From: Sphingobacteriaceae bacterium
GTDB taxonomy: Bacteria > Bacteroidota > Bacteroidia > UBA7662
Assembly (NCBI GenBank): GCA_013824115.1
Contig: PNNG01000005.1
Span: 3,075 to 67,074, forward strand
Direction: 5' to 3'
DNA length: 64,000 nt
This document shows positions 1-11,108 of this stretch, piece by piece; position 1 is the stretch's first letter; each line of letters begins with the position of its first letter. The notes beneath the pieces are model-generated. The model was not told the DNA's origin, did not search any database, and saw only the letters and a list, made by a program, of their open reading frames with translations. Both the position numbers and the translations under genes were made by a program.

Positions 1-10
1 TTCCAACAGC

Positions 11-1684
11 ATGTCCGATCACAAAATCATATTCTCCATGGCGGGGTTGAGTAAAACCATCCCCAGCGGCAAAACCATCCTCAAAGACATTTACCTCTCC
101 TTCTTCTACGGTGCTAAAATTGGCGTTTTGGGTTTGAACGGTGCAGGTAAGTCAACCTTGCTCAAAATCATCGCCGGGCTCGACAAATCGTACCAAGGCG
201 AAGTGGTGTTTTCGCCGGGTTATACGGTGGGTTATTTGTCGCAAGAGCCGCAACTCGATCCCGACAAAACCGTGAAGGAAATTGTGCAGGAAGGGGTGCA
301 GGAGGTGATGGACCTGTTGAAAGAATTCGACCAAATCAACGAAGCCTTTGGCGATGCGGATGCCGATTACGACAAGCTGTTGGCCCGCCAGGCCGAGGTG
401 CAAGAAAAACTCGATGCCGCCAATGCCTGGACCATCGACCACCGCCTCGAACTGGCCATGGAAGCCCTGATGTGTCCGCCTGCCGATACCAAAATTGGCG
501 TACTCTCGGGTGGTGAACGCCGCCGCGTGGCCCTTTGCCGCCTCTTGCTGCAAGAACCCGATGTGCTGTTGCTCGACGAACCTACCAACCACCTCGACGC
601 CGAGAGCATCGACTGGCTCGAGCAGCACCTGCAGCGCTACAAAGGCACCGTGATTGCCGTAACGCACGACCGTTACTTCCTCGACAATGTGGCCGGCTGG
701 ATCCTTGAACTCGACCGCGGCGAAGGCATTCCCTTTGAGGGCAACTACAGCAGCTGGCTCGACCAAAAGAGTAAGCGCCTTGCCCAGGAAGAAAAGAGCG
801 AAAGCAAGCGCCAAAAGACCTTGCAGCGTGAATTGGAATGGGTGCGCATGGCACCCAAGGCCCGCCACGCCAAGTCGAAAGCCCGTATCAACGCTTACAA
901 CAATCTGTTCAACGAAGACGCCAAAGAAAAAGAGCAGAAGCTCGAACTCTTTATTCCACCCGGACCCCGTTTGGGCAATGTGGTGATTGAAGCCTCCGCG
1001 GTGAACAAATCGTTTGGCGACCGCCAGCTCATCAATAACCTCAACTTTTCGCTGCCGCCAGCCGGGGTAGTAGGCATTATAGGTCCGAACGGAGTGGGCA
1101 AAACCACCTTGTTTAAGATGATCATGGGCCTTGAACAAGCCGATGCTGGCGATTTTAAAGTGGGCGAAACCGTGGAAATGGCCTATGTAGATCAGAGCCA
1201 CGATGGCTTGGAGCCTGACAAATCGGTTTTTGAAGTGATTTCGGGCGGTACCGAAAACATGATGCTGGCCGGCCGTTCGGTGAATTCGCGGGCTTACATT
1301 GGCAAGTTCAACTTTACGGGCAACGACCAAAGCAAGAAGCTGAAGGAACTCTCGGGCGGTGAGCGCAACCGGGTGCACCTGGCCATGACCCTCAAGCAAG
1401 GCGCCAACGTGCTGTTGCTCGACGAACCGACGAACGACATCGACGTAAACACCCTGCGTGCCCTGGAAGAAGCCATCGAAAATTTTGCGGGCTGTGCCGT
1501 TATCATTTCGCACGACCGCTGGTTCCTCGACCGCGTATGTACCCACATGCTGGCCTACGAGGGCAACGGCGAATTCTATTTCTTCGACGGCAACTACAGC
1601 GAGTACGAAGAAAACCTGCGCAAACGCAAGGGCGATGGTGCCATTCGCAAAAATAAATACCGCGATTTGAGCGGCAGGGCTTAA
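11..1684 (+). CDS. ettA: ABC-F ATPase, energy-dependent translational throttle protein EttA
   Basis: 557-aa ORF with two ABC cassettes (Walker A GLNGAGKST and GPNGVGKTT, two LSGGE signatures) and no TM domain. Length and layout match EttA/YjjK. Confidence 0.9.
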   Translation: MSDHKIIFSMAGLSKTIPSGKTILKDIYLSFFYGAKIGVLGLNGAGKSTLLKIIAGLDKSYQGEVVFSPGYTVGYLSQEPQLDPDKTVKEIVQEGVQEVMDLLKEFDQINEAFGDADADYDKLLARQAEVQEKLDAANAWTIDHRLELAMEALMCPPADTKIGVLSGGERRRVALCRLLLQEPDVLLLDEPTNHLDAESIDWLEQHLQRYKGTVIAVTHDRYFLDNVAGWILELDRGEGIPFEGNYSSWLDQKSKRLAQEEKSESKRQKTLQRELEWVRMAPKARHAKSKARINAYNNLFNEDAKEKEQKLELFIPPGPRLGNVVIEASAVNKSFGDRQLINNLNFSLPPAGVVGIIGPNGVGKTTLFKMIMGLEQADAGDFKVGETVEMAYVDQSHDGLEPDKSVFEVISGGTENMMLAGRSVNSRAYIGKFNFTGNDQSKKLKELSGGERNRVHLAMTLKQGANVLLLDEPTNDIDVNTLRALEEAIENFAGCAVIISHDRWFLDRVCTHMLAYEGNGEFYFFDGNYSEYEENLRKRKGDGAIRKNKYRDLSGRA

Positions 1685-1693
1685 TTTGCAGTC

Positions 1694-2188
1694 ATGAATC
1701 AGATCCTCGGTCCGGAACAGGTTAGCCAAAAAATCCGCCGTTTGGCTTACCAGATATGGGAGTCGAACTACGACGAGCCGCGCATCCTTTTGGCCGGGGT
1801 GAAAAACCGCGGCTTAGATTTGGCCGAACTGCTGGCTGCTGAGCTGCGTCGCATTTCGCCTTTGCAAGTAGAGGTTACCTACATTCGTCTGAACAAAGAC
1901 AACCCGGTGCACGACGAAATTACCACAGGTGTAAACACGGCCGATTGGCAAGATGGCACCGTGGTAGTGGTAGACGATGTTGCGCATACCGGTCGCACGC
2001 TGCTTTACGCCTTGAAGCCTTTCATGGGCCATTTGTACAAGCGCCTGCAAATTGCGGTGTTGGTGGATAGGGCGCATAAAACCTATCCCGTGCATGCCGA
2101 TTTCAAGGGCTTGCAACTGGCTACCACCTTACAAGACCGGGTGCAAATTGCCTTTGAAGCCGACGGGGTGCACGTTTATTTAGATTGA
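1694..2188 (+). CDS. pyrR: PyrR-like phosphoribosyltransferase (pyr regulator / uracil PRTase family)
   Basis: 164-aa ORF. The PRPP loop VVVVDDVAHTGRTL and the ...LVDRAHKTYPVHADF segment align by eye with B. subtilis PyrR. No pyr genes are adjacent. Confidence 0.65.
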   Translation: MNQILGPEQVSQKIRRLAYQIWESNYDEPRILLAGVKNRGLDLAELLAAELRRISPLQVEVTYIRLNKDNPVHDEITTGVNTADWQDGTVVVVDDVAHTGRTLLYALKPFMGHLYKRLQIAVLVDRAHKTYPVHADFKGLQLATTLQDRVQIAFEADGVHVYLD

Positions 2189-2520
2189 GCGTTTCTTTTG
2201 GAAGCCCCAGCGGGTAATGGCTGTATTCCAAGAAAGTTTCGGTAGAAAACCGCACCATTCCATTGTGGAGGCAAGTGGCCCTCCTGCAAAGCGGTGTCTA
2301 TCGCTTGCTGATTACAAGTGAAAAAAGGCCTCATATACCCTATTTTACGGCAAATGGAAAGGTCAACAAACCGACACCCACCTCTCCTTTCCTCCTTTTC
2401 CTCTGTTGTGACGCACCACAGCCGCAGGCCCTGTACCCCCTGCACTTGCATTTAACGTTTGCCAAAGCCCCCAAAATTGCCCAAATTTGAAGGCTAACCT
2501 TCCGTCTCTTATCGCCTACC

Positions 2521-4980
2521 ATGCGTCAATCCTATTACCTCATTCCCCTGCTGGCCCTCAGCATGGCCTGTGCTTCTAAAAAAACAACTGAAACAGCGCC
2601 TGCGCCAATAGCAGCCGCCGAAAAGCCGGCTTTTCAACCCGTTGAAGATTACCGCGCCACACGTCCACTCGACATGAAGATGGTGCACACCAAGCTCTAC
2701 CTCAAGCCCGATTTCAGCAAGGCATGGATGTATGGCACCGCCTATTTAACCGTAACACCGCATTTTTATCCCTCCAAAACCTTGGTGCTCGATGCCAAAG
2801 GTTTTGAAATCAAACGCGTGGAATGGGTGGGAGAAGATTTTTTTAAGCCCTTGGTGTACACCTACAATGGCTTGCAATTGACCATCGATTTGGGCCGGAT
2901 GGTAGAAGCCGGCACCAAGGTGCAGCTATTGGTCGACTACATCGCCAAGCCCAATGAGCTGAAAAACACCACTGGCAGTTCGGCCATTCAGGGCGCCAAA
3001 GGCCTCTATTTCATCAATCACGATGGTAAAGACCCGCACAAACCCATCCAAATGTGGACGCAAGGCGAAACCGAAAGCAATTCGTGCTGGTACCCTACCA
3101 TCGATGCGCCCAACCAAAAGACTTCGCAGGAAGTGTATTTGACAGTTGACACCACTTTTGTGACGCTCTCCAATGGCGAGCTGGTATATAGTACCGACAA
3201 TGGTGACGGCACACGTACCGATTATTGGTCGCAAAAGAAGGTGCATGCCCCCTACCTCACCATGTTGGCCGTGGGCAAGTTTGCGGTTCAGAAAGAAAGC
3301 TGGCGCGGCAAAGAGGTATCGTACTATGTAGAACCTGAGTTCGGTGCTTTTGCCCGCGACATTTATCCCAATACCGTGGAAATGCTGGAATTTTACAGCA
3401 ACCAATTGGGCGTGGAATATCCTTGGGACAAATACGCCCAGATAGCCGTGCGCGATTATGTTTCGGGCGCCATGGAAAATACCGGCGCGGTCATTTTTGG
3501 TGAATGGGCCCAGCGAACTCCCCGTGAAATGATCGACCGTACTGCTGAAAGCACCGTAGCCCACGAGTTGTATCACCATTGGTTTGGCGATTTGGTAACC
3601 TGCGAAAGCTGGAGCAACCTGCCCGTGAACGAGAGTTTTGCAACCTATGGCTCATACCTGTGGGACGAGCACAAATACGGCCGCATGGAAGCCGATTATG
3701 GCCTTTACGGAAATTTGCAGGGCTATTTGGCCGAATCGAAGCGCAAGCAAGTAGACATGGTGCGCTTTTATTACGACGACAAAGAAGACATGTTCGACAG
3801 CCACTCCTATGCCAAAGGCAGCCGGGTATTGCACATGCTCCGCACCGAGGTGGGCGATCAAGCTTTTTTCAAGTCGTTGCAATTGTTCCTCACCCGCCAT
3901 GCCCACCAAGCCGTAGAAATTCAGCAATTGCGCTTGGCCTTTGAAGAGGTAACTGGTCGCGATATGAACTGGTTCTTCAACCAGTGGTTCTACAGCAAGG
4001 GCCACCCCGTGCTCGACATCCGTTACGATTACGATGCCGAAACGGGCGAAGTGGTGGTACGCATGTCTCAGAAGCCTTCAGCTACAGATGGTCCGGTTTA
4101 CCGCCTGCCTATGCACATCGACATATACACTGCCGACAGCAAAACCACCCAGCGCGTGGTGCTCAGCCGCGATTCGCAGGAGTTCCGTTTCAAAAGCGAA
4201 CGGCCACTGTTGGTCAATGCCGATGCGCAGAAAGTGTTGCTGGGCGAAAAGAAGGAAAACAAAGACAAAGCCGCCTATGTGATGCAATTCCGTCGGGCAC
4301 CGCTCTTCTTGGATCATTTGGAAGCCCTTTTGTTTCTCCGCAATTTGAAATCAGATGCCGAAGCACGCGCTGTTTTTGTGGATGCTCTGGGACACGAGCT
4401 TTGGTTCATTCGCCAGTTTGCCATCCAAAACTTCGGTTTCGATAATTGGAAAAGCGACGCTGCTTTCCTCGCTGCATTGGAAAAACTGGCCAAAGAAGAC
4501 CCCAAATCGGCTGTTCGTGCGGCGGCCATCAGCAAATTGGGAGAAGCCAACGCCGCCGCTTATGTTGCGGTTTTTGAAGCTGCCGCCAAAAACGACAGCT
4601 CGTTCACGGTAGCTGCCGCTGCTTTGCGCCAATTGTCAACCAGTGAGCCCGAAAAGGCCTTGGCCTTGGCTGCCGGTTTTGAGAGCTTCCGCTCTATGAA
4701 CATGGCGGTAGCCGATTTATACGCCCGTGTAGGAGGGGCCAATAAGGCAGAGTATTTTGAATCGGCCTATGCCAAGCCCGCACAAGCCTTTGTGCGCGCC
4801 AACCTCTTGCAGAAATACAGCGAGTTAGCCCTGCGCCTCAAAGAGCCCGCTTTACTGCAACGGAGTTTAGATTTCATGCAAAAGGCAGGAAAGGAAGCCG
4901 GAACGGGCATTTTGGCCAGGGTGGCCGGACAGGAAGCGGCCAAGTTGCAGCAGGCCCTCGCACCGCCGGCGGGAAAATAA
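2521..4980 (+). CDS. M1-family zinc aminopeptidase, lipoprotein
   Basis: 819-aa ORF with a GAMEN motif (SGAMENTG) and a HELYHHWFGD zinc site followed by NESFATY. N-terminal lipobox LSMAC. Confidence 0.85.
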   Translation: MRQSYYLIPLLALSMACASKKTTETAPAPIAAAEKPAFQPVEDYRATRPLDMKMVHTKLYLKPDFSKAWMYGTAYLTVTPHFYPSKTLVLDAKGFEIKRVEWVGEDFFKPLVYTYNGLQLTIDLGRMVEAGTKVQLLVDYIAKPNELKNTTGSSAIQGAKGLYFINHDGKDPHKPIQMWTQGETESNSCWYPTIDAPNQKTSQEVYLTVDTTFVTLSNGELVYSTDNGDGTRTDYWSQKKVHAPYLTMLAVGKFAVQKESWRGKEVSYYVEPEFGAFARDIYPNTVEMLEFYSNQLGVEYPWDKYAQIAVRDYVSGAMENTGAVIFGEWAQRTPREMIDRTAESTVAHELYHHWFGDLVTCESWSNLPVNESFATYGSYLWDEHKYGRMEADYGLYGNLQGYLAESKRKQVDMVRFYYDDKEDMFDSHSYAKGSRVLHMLRTEVGDQAFFKSLQLFLTRHAHQAVEIQQLRLAFEEVTGRDMNWFFNQWFYSKGHPVLDIRYDYDAETGEVVVRMSQKPSATDGPVYRLPMHIDIYTADSKTTQRVVLSRDSQEFRFKSERPLLVNADAQKVLLGEKKENKDKAAYVMQFRRAPLFLDHLEALLFLRNLKSDAEARAVFVDALGHELWFIRQFAIQNFGFDNWKSDAAFLAALEKLAKEDPKSAVRAAAISKLGEANAAAYVAVFEAAAKNDSSFTVAAAALRQLSTSEPEKALALAAGFESFRSMNMAVADLYARVGGANKAEYFESAYAKPAQAFVRANLLQKYSELALRLKEPALLQRSLDFMQKAGKEAGTGILARVAGQEAAKLQQALAPPAGK

Positions 4981-5010
4981 TCCACCACCTTCAATTCATC
5001 TTGTGGATAA

Positions 5011-5042
5011 TTTGCACGAGAAGCGGATTTATACTACTTTTG
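5011..5042 (+). promoter_or_regulatory. Putative Bacteroidota promoter (-33 TTTG, -7 TACTTTTG) for rimP-nusA-infB
   Basis: TTTG at 5011-5014 and tacttttg at 5035-5042, 20 nt apart. This matches the TTTG / TAnnTTTG consensus and lies about 50 nt upstream of the rimP ATG. Confidence 0.4.
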
Positions 5043-5090
5043 CAATCGAAAACGCGTGAGGGGACCAAAAGTCCCCTCTTTCATTTGCGT

Positions 5091-5558
5091 ATGCTGAACA
5101 AGGTAAAGAACAAAGTTGCTAATGCCCTAGACCAGATTCTGGCCAACGGCGATCATTTTGTGGTGGAAGTGAAAATCACCGCCGACTTGCGCAAAATTTG
5201 GGTGGCCCTCGACGGCGACAACGGTGTAGACATTGACTATTGCGCCGAAGTAAGCCGGAAGTTGGGTGCCGAACTCGACGAGCTTGAAGATTTGGGTGCT
5301 TATGTACTCGAAGTAAGTTCGCCGGGTGCCGATGCGCCTTTGCGTTTTATCCGCCAGTATCCCAAACATGTGGGTCGCGAAATGAAGGTGAAGCTCACCG
5401 ATGGCAGTGAATTCAAAGGCGTGCTCGAAGCGGTTGGTACAGGTACGCTCAGCTTTGCCTATACGCACAAAGAAAAAGGCAAAAAGGCCGAGCAGCGCAC
5501 GCGCACTCTGCCTTTTGAAGAAGTAGAAACAGCAAAAGTTATCATATCCTTTAAATAA
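5091..5558 (+). CDS. rimP: Ribosome maturation factor RimP
   Basis: The ORF 5001-5558 is trimmed to the internal ATG (MLNKVKNK...). It sits immediately upstream of nusA-infB in the conserved rimP-nusA-infB order. The EVSSPGADAPL motif is typical of RimP. Confidence 0.8.
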   Translation: MLNKVKNKVANALDQILANGDHFVVEVKITADLRKIWVALDGDNGVDIDYCAEVSRKLGAELDELEDLGAYVLEVSSPGADAPLRFIRQYPKHVGREMKVKLTDGSEFKGVLEAVGTGTLSFAYTHKEKGKKAEQRTRTLPFEEVETAKVIISFK

Positions 5559-5564
5559 GAAAGC

Positions 5565-6803
5565 ATGAACAGCAGCGAACTGATCGAATCCTTTTCGGAG
5601 TTTAAAGAACTCAAGAATATCGATCGCGCTACCATGATGCGCGTCCTCGAAGACGTTTTCCGCAGCATGGTTCGCCGCAAATTCGGTACCGACGAAAATT
5701 TCGACATCATCCTCAACACAGAAAAGGGTGATTTGGAAATTTGGCGTAACCGCGAGGTAGTAGAAGACGCTTCAGAAGAAGCCGGTCAGACCGACAAAAT
5801 CACCTTGAGCGAAGCCCGCCAAATTGAGCCCGATTTCGAAGTAGGTGAAGAAGTGTCGGACGAAATCAAGCTCGAGCATTTTGGTCGCCGTTCGATTTTG
5901 GCAGCCCGCCAAACCCTGGTGCAGCGCATCCTGGAGCTCGAAAAAGACAACATCTACCAGAAATACAAAGACCGTGTAGGCGAAATCGTTACCGGCGAAG
6001 TGTATCAAATCTGGAAGAAGGAAATGTTGGTGCTCGACGATGAGGGCAACGAGCTCATCCTGCCCAAAAACGAGCAAATTCCTGCCGATTTCTACAAAAA
6101 AGGCGATGCCGTTCGCGGCGTGGTTTTGCGTGTAGAAACGCAGAATACCAGTCCCCGCATCATCATGAGTCGCACCGCACCGGCCTTCCTGGCGCGTTTG
6201 CTTGAGTTAGAAGTGCCCGAAATTTTCGACGGGCTCATCACTATCAAGAACATCGTGCGTGAGCCCGGCGAGCGTGCGAAAGTAGCCGTTGAAAGCTACG
6301 ACGACCGCATCGACCCAGTGGGTGCCTGCGTGGGCATGAAAGGCTCGCGTATCCACGGCATCGTGCGTGAATTGCGCAACGAGAGCATCGACGTGATCAA
6401 TTTCACCAACAATATGCAGCTGTTTATTACCCGTGCTTTGAGTCCGGCCAAAATCAGCAGCATGGAGCTCGACACCGACCGCAATAAAGCCAGCGTATAC
6501 CTCAAGCCCGACCAAGTGTCGTTGGCCATTGGTAAGGGCGGTCACAATATCCGCTTGGCTGCCAAGCTCACCGGTTTCGAAATCGACGTATTCCGCGATG
6601 TGGTAGAAGACGATAGCGATGTGGATCTGGACGAATTTGCAGACGAAATCGATAGCTGGATCATCGATGAACTAAAAGGCATTGGCCTCGATACCGCGAA
6701 AGCCGTTTTGGCTGTAGGTGCCGAAGAGCTGGTGCGCCGCACCGAACTCGAAGAAGAAACTGCCGCTCAGGTGTTGGCCATTCTTCGTGCCGAATTTGAA
6801 TAA
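5565..6803 (+). CDS. nusA: Transcription termination/antitermination factor NusA
   Basis: 412-aa ORF with an S1 domain and KH domains (VGACVGMKGSRI, AIGKGGHNIRLA) in the conserved operon context. Confidence 0.95.
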   Translation: MNSSELIESFSEFKELKNIDRATMMRVLEDVFRSMVRRKFGTDENFDIILNTEKGDLEIWRNREVVEDASEEAGQTDKITLSEARQIEPDFEVGEEVSDEIKLEHFGRRSILAARQTLVQRILELEKDNIYQKYKDRVGEIVTGEVYQIWKKEMLVLDDEGNELILPKNEQIPADFYKKGDAVRGVVLRVETQNTSPRIIMSRTAPAFLARLLELEVPEIFDGLITIKNIVREPGERAKVAVESYDDRIDPVGACVGMKGSRIHGIVRELRNESIDVINFTNNMQLFITRALSPAKISSMELDTDRNKASVYLKPDQVSLAIGKGGHNIRLAAKLTGFEIDVFRDVVEDDSDVDLDEFADEIDSWIIDELKGIGLDTAKAVLAVGAEELVRRTELEEETAAQVLAILRAEFE

Positions 6804-6851
6804 GCCTGCGTCGGTGAGAAGAGACGCACAATAAAACAACAACAAGAGGGA

Positions 6852-9800
6852 ATGTCAGAAGGAAGTATCAGGATAAAAAAAGCAGCCACTGAGTTTAACA
6901 TCAGTGTGGCGCACGTTGCCGATCACCTGGCCGCTAAAGGCTTTACGGTGGACAGCAACCCCAACGCCAAGATCACCGATGAAATGTATTCGGTGCTGCT
7001 GCGCGACTTTGGTCAAGATAAAAAGATCAAAGAGCAGGCCGCCGCCATCAGCATTGGCAGGCAGGGCAAGGAGGATGTGGTGCTCGACAAAAAAGATTTT
7101 GCCGCGCCTGCTCCCAGCGAGCCCGAAGCCGATGAGGTGCTCATCAAGGGCCTCAACAAACCCGCCGCAGCCCCTGCTCCGGCCCCTGCCGCACCCGCCC
7201 CGCGCGAAACGGCAACCGAAGGCGATAAGTCGGGCCTGAAAGTGCTCGGCAAAATCGATTTGGCCAGCTTGAACAAGCCCAAACCGAAGCCGGCTCCTGA
7301 GCCCACTCCTGAGCCAGCTCCCGCACCGGCCCCCATAGCAGAGGCTCCCAAGCCCGAAGCGCCCAAAGTAGAGGCCCCAAAAGTGGAAGCACCTCAGCCG
7401 GTGGCACCCGCCCCTAAGCCAGAGCCAATTGCTGAAAAGCCTGCTCCAGCGCCCGTGGTTGAGAAGCCCGTGATTGAGAAGCCCGCAGCACCTGCCCCGG
7501 CTCCTGTAGAAACACCCCGTGCCGAACAGTCTGTTCCCACTGCAGCTCCTGCCGCCCCTGTGCTCCCTCCACAGGAAAAAGCAGCAACTGAGACACCAGC
7601 CGCTCCGGCAGCACCAGTGGCTCCTGCCGCAGCAGCCAAATCCGAAGAAAACGAAGAGGCCGATGTGATTCGTGCCAAAGCCGACAAGCTGCAAGGCACC
7701 ACGGTTTTGCGTACCATCGACCTCAGTCAATTTGAAAAGCGCAAGCCTGTGGCCAGCTCGAGCGATAGTTCGGTAGGCCGCCGCAAGCGCAAGCGCAAAG
7801 AAGGTCCTGGTGGCCCTCCTGCAGCCGGTGGTACCCAACAGCCCCAAGGCCAACAAGGCGGCGGAGGTGGCGGTGGACAGCGTCCGGGTGGTGGCCAAGG
7901 TGGACAAAACCGTGGCCCTGGTGGTCCCGGCCAGCATAACCGCAACAACCAAGGCGGCCCTGGACAAGGACGCCGCAACCAACCTGCGCAAACGCTGGGT
8001 CCGAAGGCCGAGCCTACCGAAAAGGAAATTCAAGACCAAATCAAGGCCACCATGGCCCGTTTGCAAGGCGGCGTGAAAACCGCCAGCCGGGCGAAATACC
8101 GCAAGCAGCGCCGCGACCTCAACGATATTCGTGAAGGCATGGAGCTTGACGAGGCAGGCAAAATGAAGCTGCAGGTAACTGAGTTTGTTACTACTGGCGA
8201 GTTGGCTGGCTTGATGGAAGTGCCCGTGGGTGAAGTTATCATGAACTGCTTTTCGCTCGGTTTGGTGGTAACCATCAACCAGCGCCTCGATGCCGAAACC
8301 ATTACGGTGGTGGCCGACGAGTTTGGTTACGATGTGGAGTTCATCTCTGCAGATGCCAATGAGCCCATGATTGAAGAGGAAGACAGCGAAGAAAACATGG
8401 TTCCGCGTTCACCCATTGTAACCATCATGGGTCACGTCGACCACGGTAAAACCTCGTTGCTCGACTTCATTCGCAAAGAAAACGTAATTGCCGGTGAGGC
8501 CGGGGGCATTACCCAGCACATTGGCGCATATGCAGTACAATTGTCGAACGGCAAGGCCATTACCTTCCTCGATACACCCGGTCACGAAGCCTTTACGGCC
8601 ATGCGTGCCCGTGGTGCCAAGGTAACCGACATTGTGGTGATTGTAGTTTCTGCCGATGACAACGTAATGCCACAAACCAAAGAGGCCATCAGCCACGCAC
8701 AAGCGGCGGGTGTGCCTTTGATTTTTGCCATCAACAAAATCGACCGTCCCGACGCCAATCCGGAGCGCATCCGCGAGCAGCTGTCGGCCATGAATATTTT
8801 GGTGGAAAGCTGGGGTGGTAAATACCAAGACCAGGAAATTTCAGCCAAAAAGGGGATCAACATCGACCAGTTATTGGAGAAGATCTTGCTAGAAGCAGAA
8901 CTGCTTGAATTGAAAGCAGATCCGAAAAAGCGCGCCATTGGTACGGTAATCGAAGCCTCCTTGGATAAAGGTCGCGGTGTAATTACCACCGTACTGATTG
9001 AAAGCGGTACGCTGAGCATGGGTGATCCCATTTTGGCGGGCTCTAATTTCGGTAAGGTAAAGGCCTTGATGAACGAGCGCGGACAGCGCATTATTAAGGT
9101 AGGTCCTTCACAGCCGGTGCAAATTCTGGGCTTCAACTCGGCGCCTACCGCCGGTGATCGTTTTTACGTAACTGAGTCGGATGCCGTGGCCAAAGACATT
9201 GGTACCAAGCGCATGCAGTTGGTGCGTGAGCAGGGCATGCGTACGAAGAAACACATTACCCTCGACGAAATCGGTCGTCGTTTGGCTATTGGCAACTTCA
9301 AAGAGCTCAACCTCGTAGTAAAAGGCGACGTGGATGGTTCGGTAGAGGCCTTGGCCGACAGCTTGATGAAGCTGAGCACCGACCAAATCCAGGTGAACGT
9401 AATCCACAAGGGCGTGGGACAAATCAGCGAATCGGACGTAATGCTCGCCTCGGCTTCCGACGCCATCATTGTAGGCTTCCAGGTACGTCCGCTCGCCTCT
9501 GTGCGTAAGCTGGCCGAGCAGGAAGAAATCGATATCCGCACCTACAGCATCATCTACGACGCGATTGATGAGATCAAGTCGGCGATGGAAGGCATGTTGG
9601 CGCCCACCTACGAAGAAAAGGTGGTTTGTACGGTGGAAATCCGCGAGGTGTTTAAAATCTCGAAAGTGGGTACCATTGCAGGTTGTATGGTTACCGATGG
9701 CAAAATCAATCGCAACACCAAAGTACGGGTACTGCGCGATGGCATCGTGATCCACACCGGCGAACTCGAATCATTGAAGCGCTTCAAAGACGACGTGAAA

Positions 9801-9911
9801 GAAGTGGCCAAGGGTTACGAGTGCGGTTTGAACATTGCCAACTTCAACGACATCAAAGAAGGCGACATCATCGAAGGTTACGAACGTGTAGAGGTGAAAG
9901 CCAAGTTGTAA
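6852..9911 (+). CDS. infB: Translation initiation factor IF-2
   Basis: 1019-aa ORF. GTPase motifs [16 protein letters not shown] and NKID. Long Pro/Ala-rich and Gly/Gln-rich low-complexity N-terminus. Confidence 0.95.
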   Translation: MSEGSIRIKKAATEFNISVAHVADHLAAKGFTVDSNPNAKITDEMYSVLLRDFGQDKKIKEQAAAISIGRQGKEDVVLDKKDFAAPAPSEPEADEVLIKGLNKPAAAPAPAPAAPAPRETATEGDKSGLKVLGKIDLASLNKPKPKPAPEPTPEPAPAPAPIAEAPKPEAPKVEAPKVEAPQPVAPAPKPEPIAEKPAPAPVVEKPVIEKPAAPAPAPVETPRAEQSVPTAAPAAPVLPPQEKAATETPAAPAAPVAPAAAAKSEENEEADVIRAKADKLQGTTVLRTIDLSQFEKRKPVASSSDSSVGRRKRKRKEGPGGPPAAGGTQQPQGQQGGGGGGGQRPGGGQGGQNRGPGGPGQHNRNNQGGPGQGRRNQPAQTLGPKAEPTEKEIQDQIKATMARLQGGVKTASRAKYRKQRRDLNDIREGMELDEAGKMKLQVTEFVTTGELAGLMEVPVGEVIMNCFSLGLVVTINQRLDAETITVVADEFGYDVEFISADANEPMIEEEDSEENMVPRSPIVTIMGHVDHGKTSLLDFIRKENVIAGEAGGITQHIGAYAVQLSNGKAITFLDTPGHEAFTAMRARGAKVTDIVVIVVSADDNVMPQTKEAISHAQAAGVPLIFAINKIDRPDANPERIREQLSAMNILVESWGGKYQDQEISAKKGINIDQLLEKILLEAELLELKADPKKRAIGTVIEASLDKGRGVITTVLIESGTLSMGDPILAGSNFGKVKALMNERGQRIIKVGPSQPVQILGFNSAPTAGDRFYVTESDAVAKDIGTKRMQLVREQGMRTKKHITLDEIGRRLAIGNFKELNLVVKGDVDGSVEALADSLMKLSTDQIQVNVIHKGVGQISESDVMLASASDAIIVGFQVRPLASVRKLAEQEEIDIRTYSIIYDAIDEIKSAMEGMLAPTYEEKVVCTVEIREVFKISKVGTIAGCMVTDGKINRNTKVRVLRDGIVIHTGELESLKRFKDDVKEVAKGYECGLNIANFNDIKEGDIIEGYERVEVKAKL

Positions 9912-9937
9912 GGGCCAATCGGCTCATAAAAGAAAAG

Positions 9938-9964
9938 CCGCTTCCGAAAGGGGGCGGTTTTTTT
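9938..9964 (+). terminator. Rho-independent terminator of infB
   Basis: Hairpin ccgcttcc-GAAA-gggggcgg (8 bp including G-U pairs) followed by a T-run at 9958-9964. Confidence 0.7.
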
Positions 9965-10031
9965 GTTGGGAAGAGATGAAAATCTGCTGCTGTTGGCTGT
10001 TTAGCCCCTTTGGCCATCCAAAACCGAAATG

Positions 10032-11063
10032 CTATTTCCTTTTCTTAAGCTGTGTTTCAAGCAATTGGAGGTCCTCTAAATCGGCCTGTTTAGCTTCAAA
10101 CTGCTTTCGGGCAGCATCAAATTTTTCATATTCGTGTCGCACGCGCTCTTCCATCATCGCGTGAGAAATAGAACCAGAATTTTGTAGAACCTCCTTATCA
10201 TTAAACTGCAGAATTCGGTCTACATTTTCTTTCCAAAACGACAAGGTAATGTCTTTGCGTTCCTTCACCCTAAGTTCTGCGGTTTCTAGAAAAATCACCG
10301 TCAAACGGTTGAGCGTGTCCAACTCATCTGCAGTTAGGTAGTTTTTGGCAATTACGATGTCGTGCTTTCGCACCTTACTTCCTTTCCAAGTGGTGAGACC
10401 CATATTAGGTGCCATTGCATCGGCCCTGTTAACAATAATTTCTGCTGCGGTTTGATTTACTACAGCATAAAGCAGCTTATTCTGGGTTTCTGCAAAAAAC
10501 ATTTGTGTTGCTTTGTCCGTGGCGTCATAATCGCTGCTCAAAGCGAGTAAATCGCGTATTTTTTGATAAAAGCGTTTTTCCGAAGTGCGTATTTCTCGAA
10601 TCCGCTCTAAGAATTCATCGAAATAATCGGGACGGCCATCGGGGTTTTTCAAGCGCTCGTCATCCATTACAAAACCCTTGATCATGTATTCGCGCAAGTT
10701 CTGATTGGCCCAAATTCTAAACTGGGTGCCACGCTTACTTCGAACCCTGAATCCAATGGCTAAGATCATGGCCAACGAATAAAAAGTAACCTCGTATTGT
10801 TTACCATCAGTCGCAGTTGTTAAGTAATTCTTAATAACTGAATTTTGATTTAACTCTTTCTCTTTCAGTATGTTTGAGATATGCATGCTGATGTTCGGAA
10901 TAGAGGTGTCAAAAAGTTCGGCCAGCTGCTGTTGGTTCATCCAAACGTCGCCATCGCGGGCGTACAAAGCCACACTGGTCGTGCCATCGGCGGTATTGTA
11001 AATGATAAGCTCAGAACCCACAGGCGAAATTTTTATAAAGTTAGCATCAAATGCGCAATTCAT
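10032..11063 (-). CDS. RhuM-family protein
   Basis: The N-terminus ...SELIIYNTADGTTSVALYARDGDVWMNQQQLAELFDTSIPNISMHISNILKEKEL matches the RhuM-family pattern from memory. Start uncertain: ATG 11063 or GTG 11021. Visibly AT-richer than its flanks. Confidence 0.75.
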   Translation of the reverse strand: MNCAFDANFIKISPVGSELIIYNTADGTTSVALYARDGDVWMNQQQLAELFDTSIPNISMHISNILKEKELNQNSVIKNYLTTATDGKQYEVTFYSLAMILAIGFRVRSKRGTQFRIWANQNLREYMIKGFVMDDERLKNPDGRPDYFDEFLERIREIRTSEKRFYQKIRDLLALSSDYDATDKATQMFFAETQNKLLYAVVNQTAAEIIVNRADAMAPNMGLTTWKGSKVRKHDIVIAKNYLTADELDTLNRLTVIFLETAELRVKERKDITLSFWKENVDRILQFNDKEVLQNSGSISHAMMEERVRHEYEKFDAARKQFEAKQADLEDLQLLETQLKKRK

Positions 11064-11108
11064 GATGAGCAATTCAATTCCGCTGGATGGCAAGAACCGT
11101 ATAATCAA

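Noticed and set aside
152-1729. 525-aa ORF antisense to ettA
   Set aside because: It is a shadow ORF on the opposite strand of a gene with unmistakable ABC-F motifs. Its translation is low-complexity (Val/Ala/Gly/His-rich) with no recognisable domain.
2189-2520. The 330-bp intergenic region upstream of the first M1 peptidase as a possible ncRNA or riboswitch
   Set aside because: I found only one hairpin-repeat-like unit (about 2207-2230) and a polypyrimidine tract. No conserved riboswitch blocks were recognised, and the overlapping small ORFs look spurious.
5001-5090. N-terminal extension of rimP from an alternative start at 5001
   Set aside because: The extension overlaps the predicted promoter (5011-5042) and is not RimP-like. 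The ATG at 5091 gives the expected length.
7100-7980. Nucleotide-level repetitiveness inside infB as a possible separate repeat element
   Set aside because: It is in frame and encodes the Pro/Ala-rich and Gly/Gln/Asn-rich linker common in IF-2 N-termini. It is not an independent feature.
6855-8066. 403-aa ORF antisense to the infB N-terminal region, plus several shorter overlapping ORFs at 7013-7978
   Set aside because: They arise from the GC-rich, Pro/Ala/Gly-coding low-complexity part of IF-2. The translations are Arg/Gly/Cys-rich nonsense.
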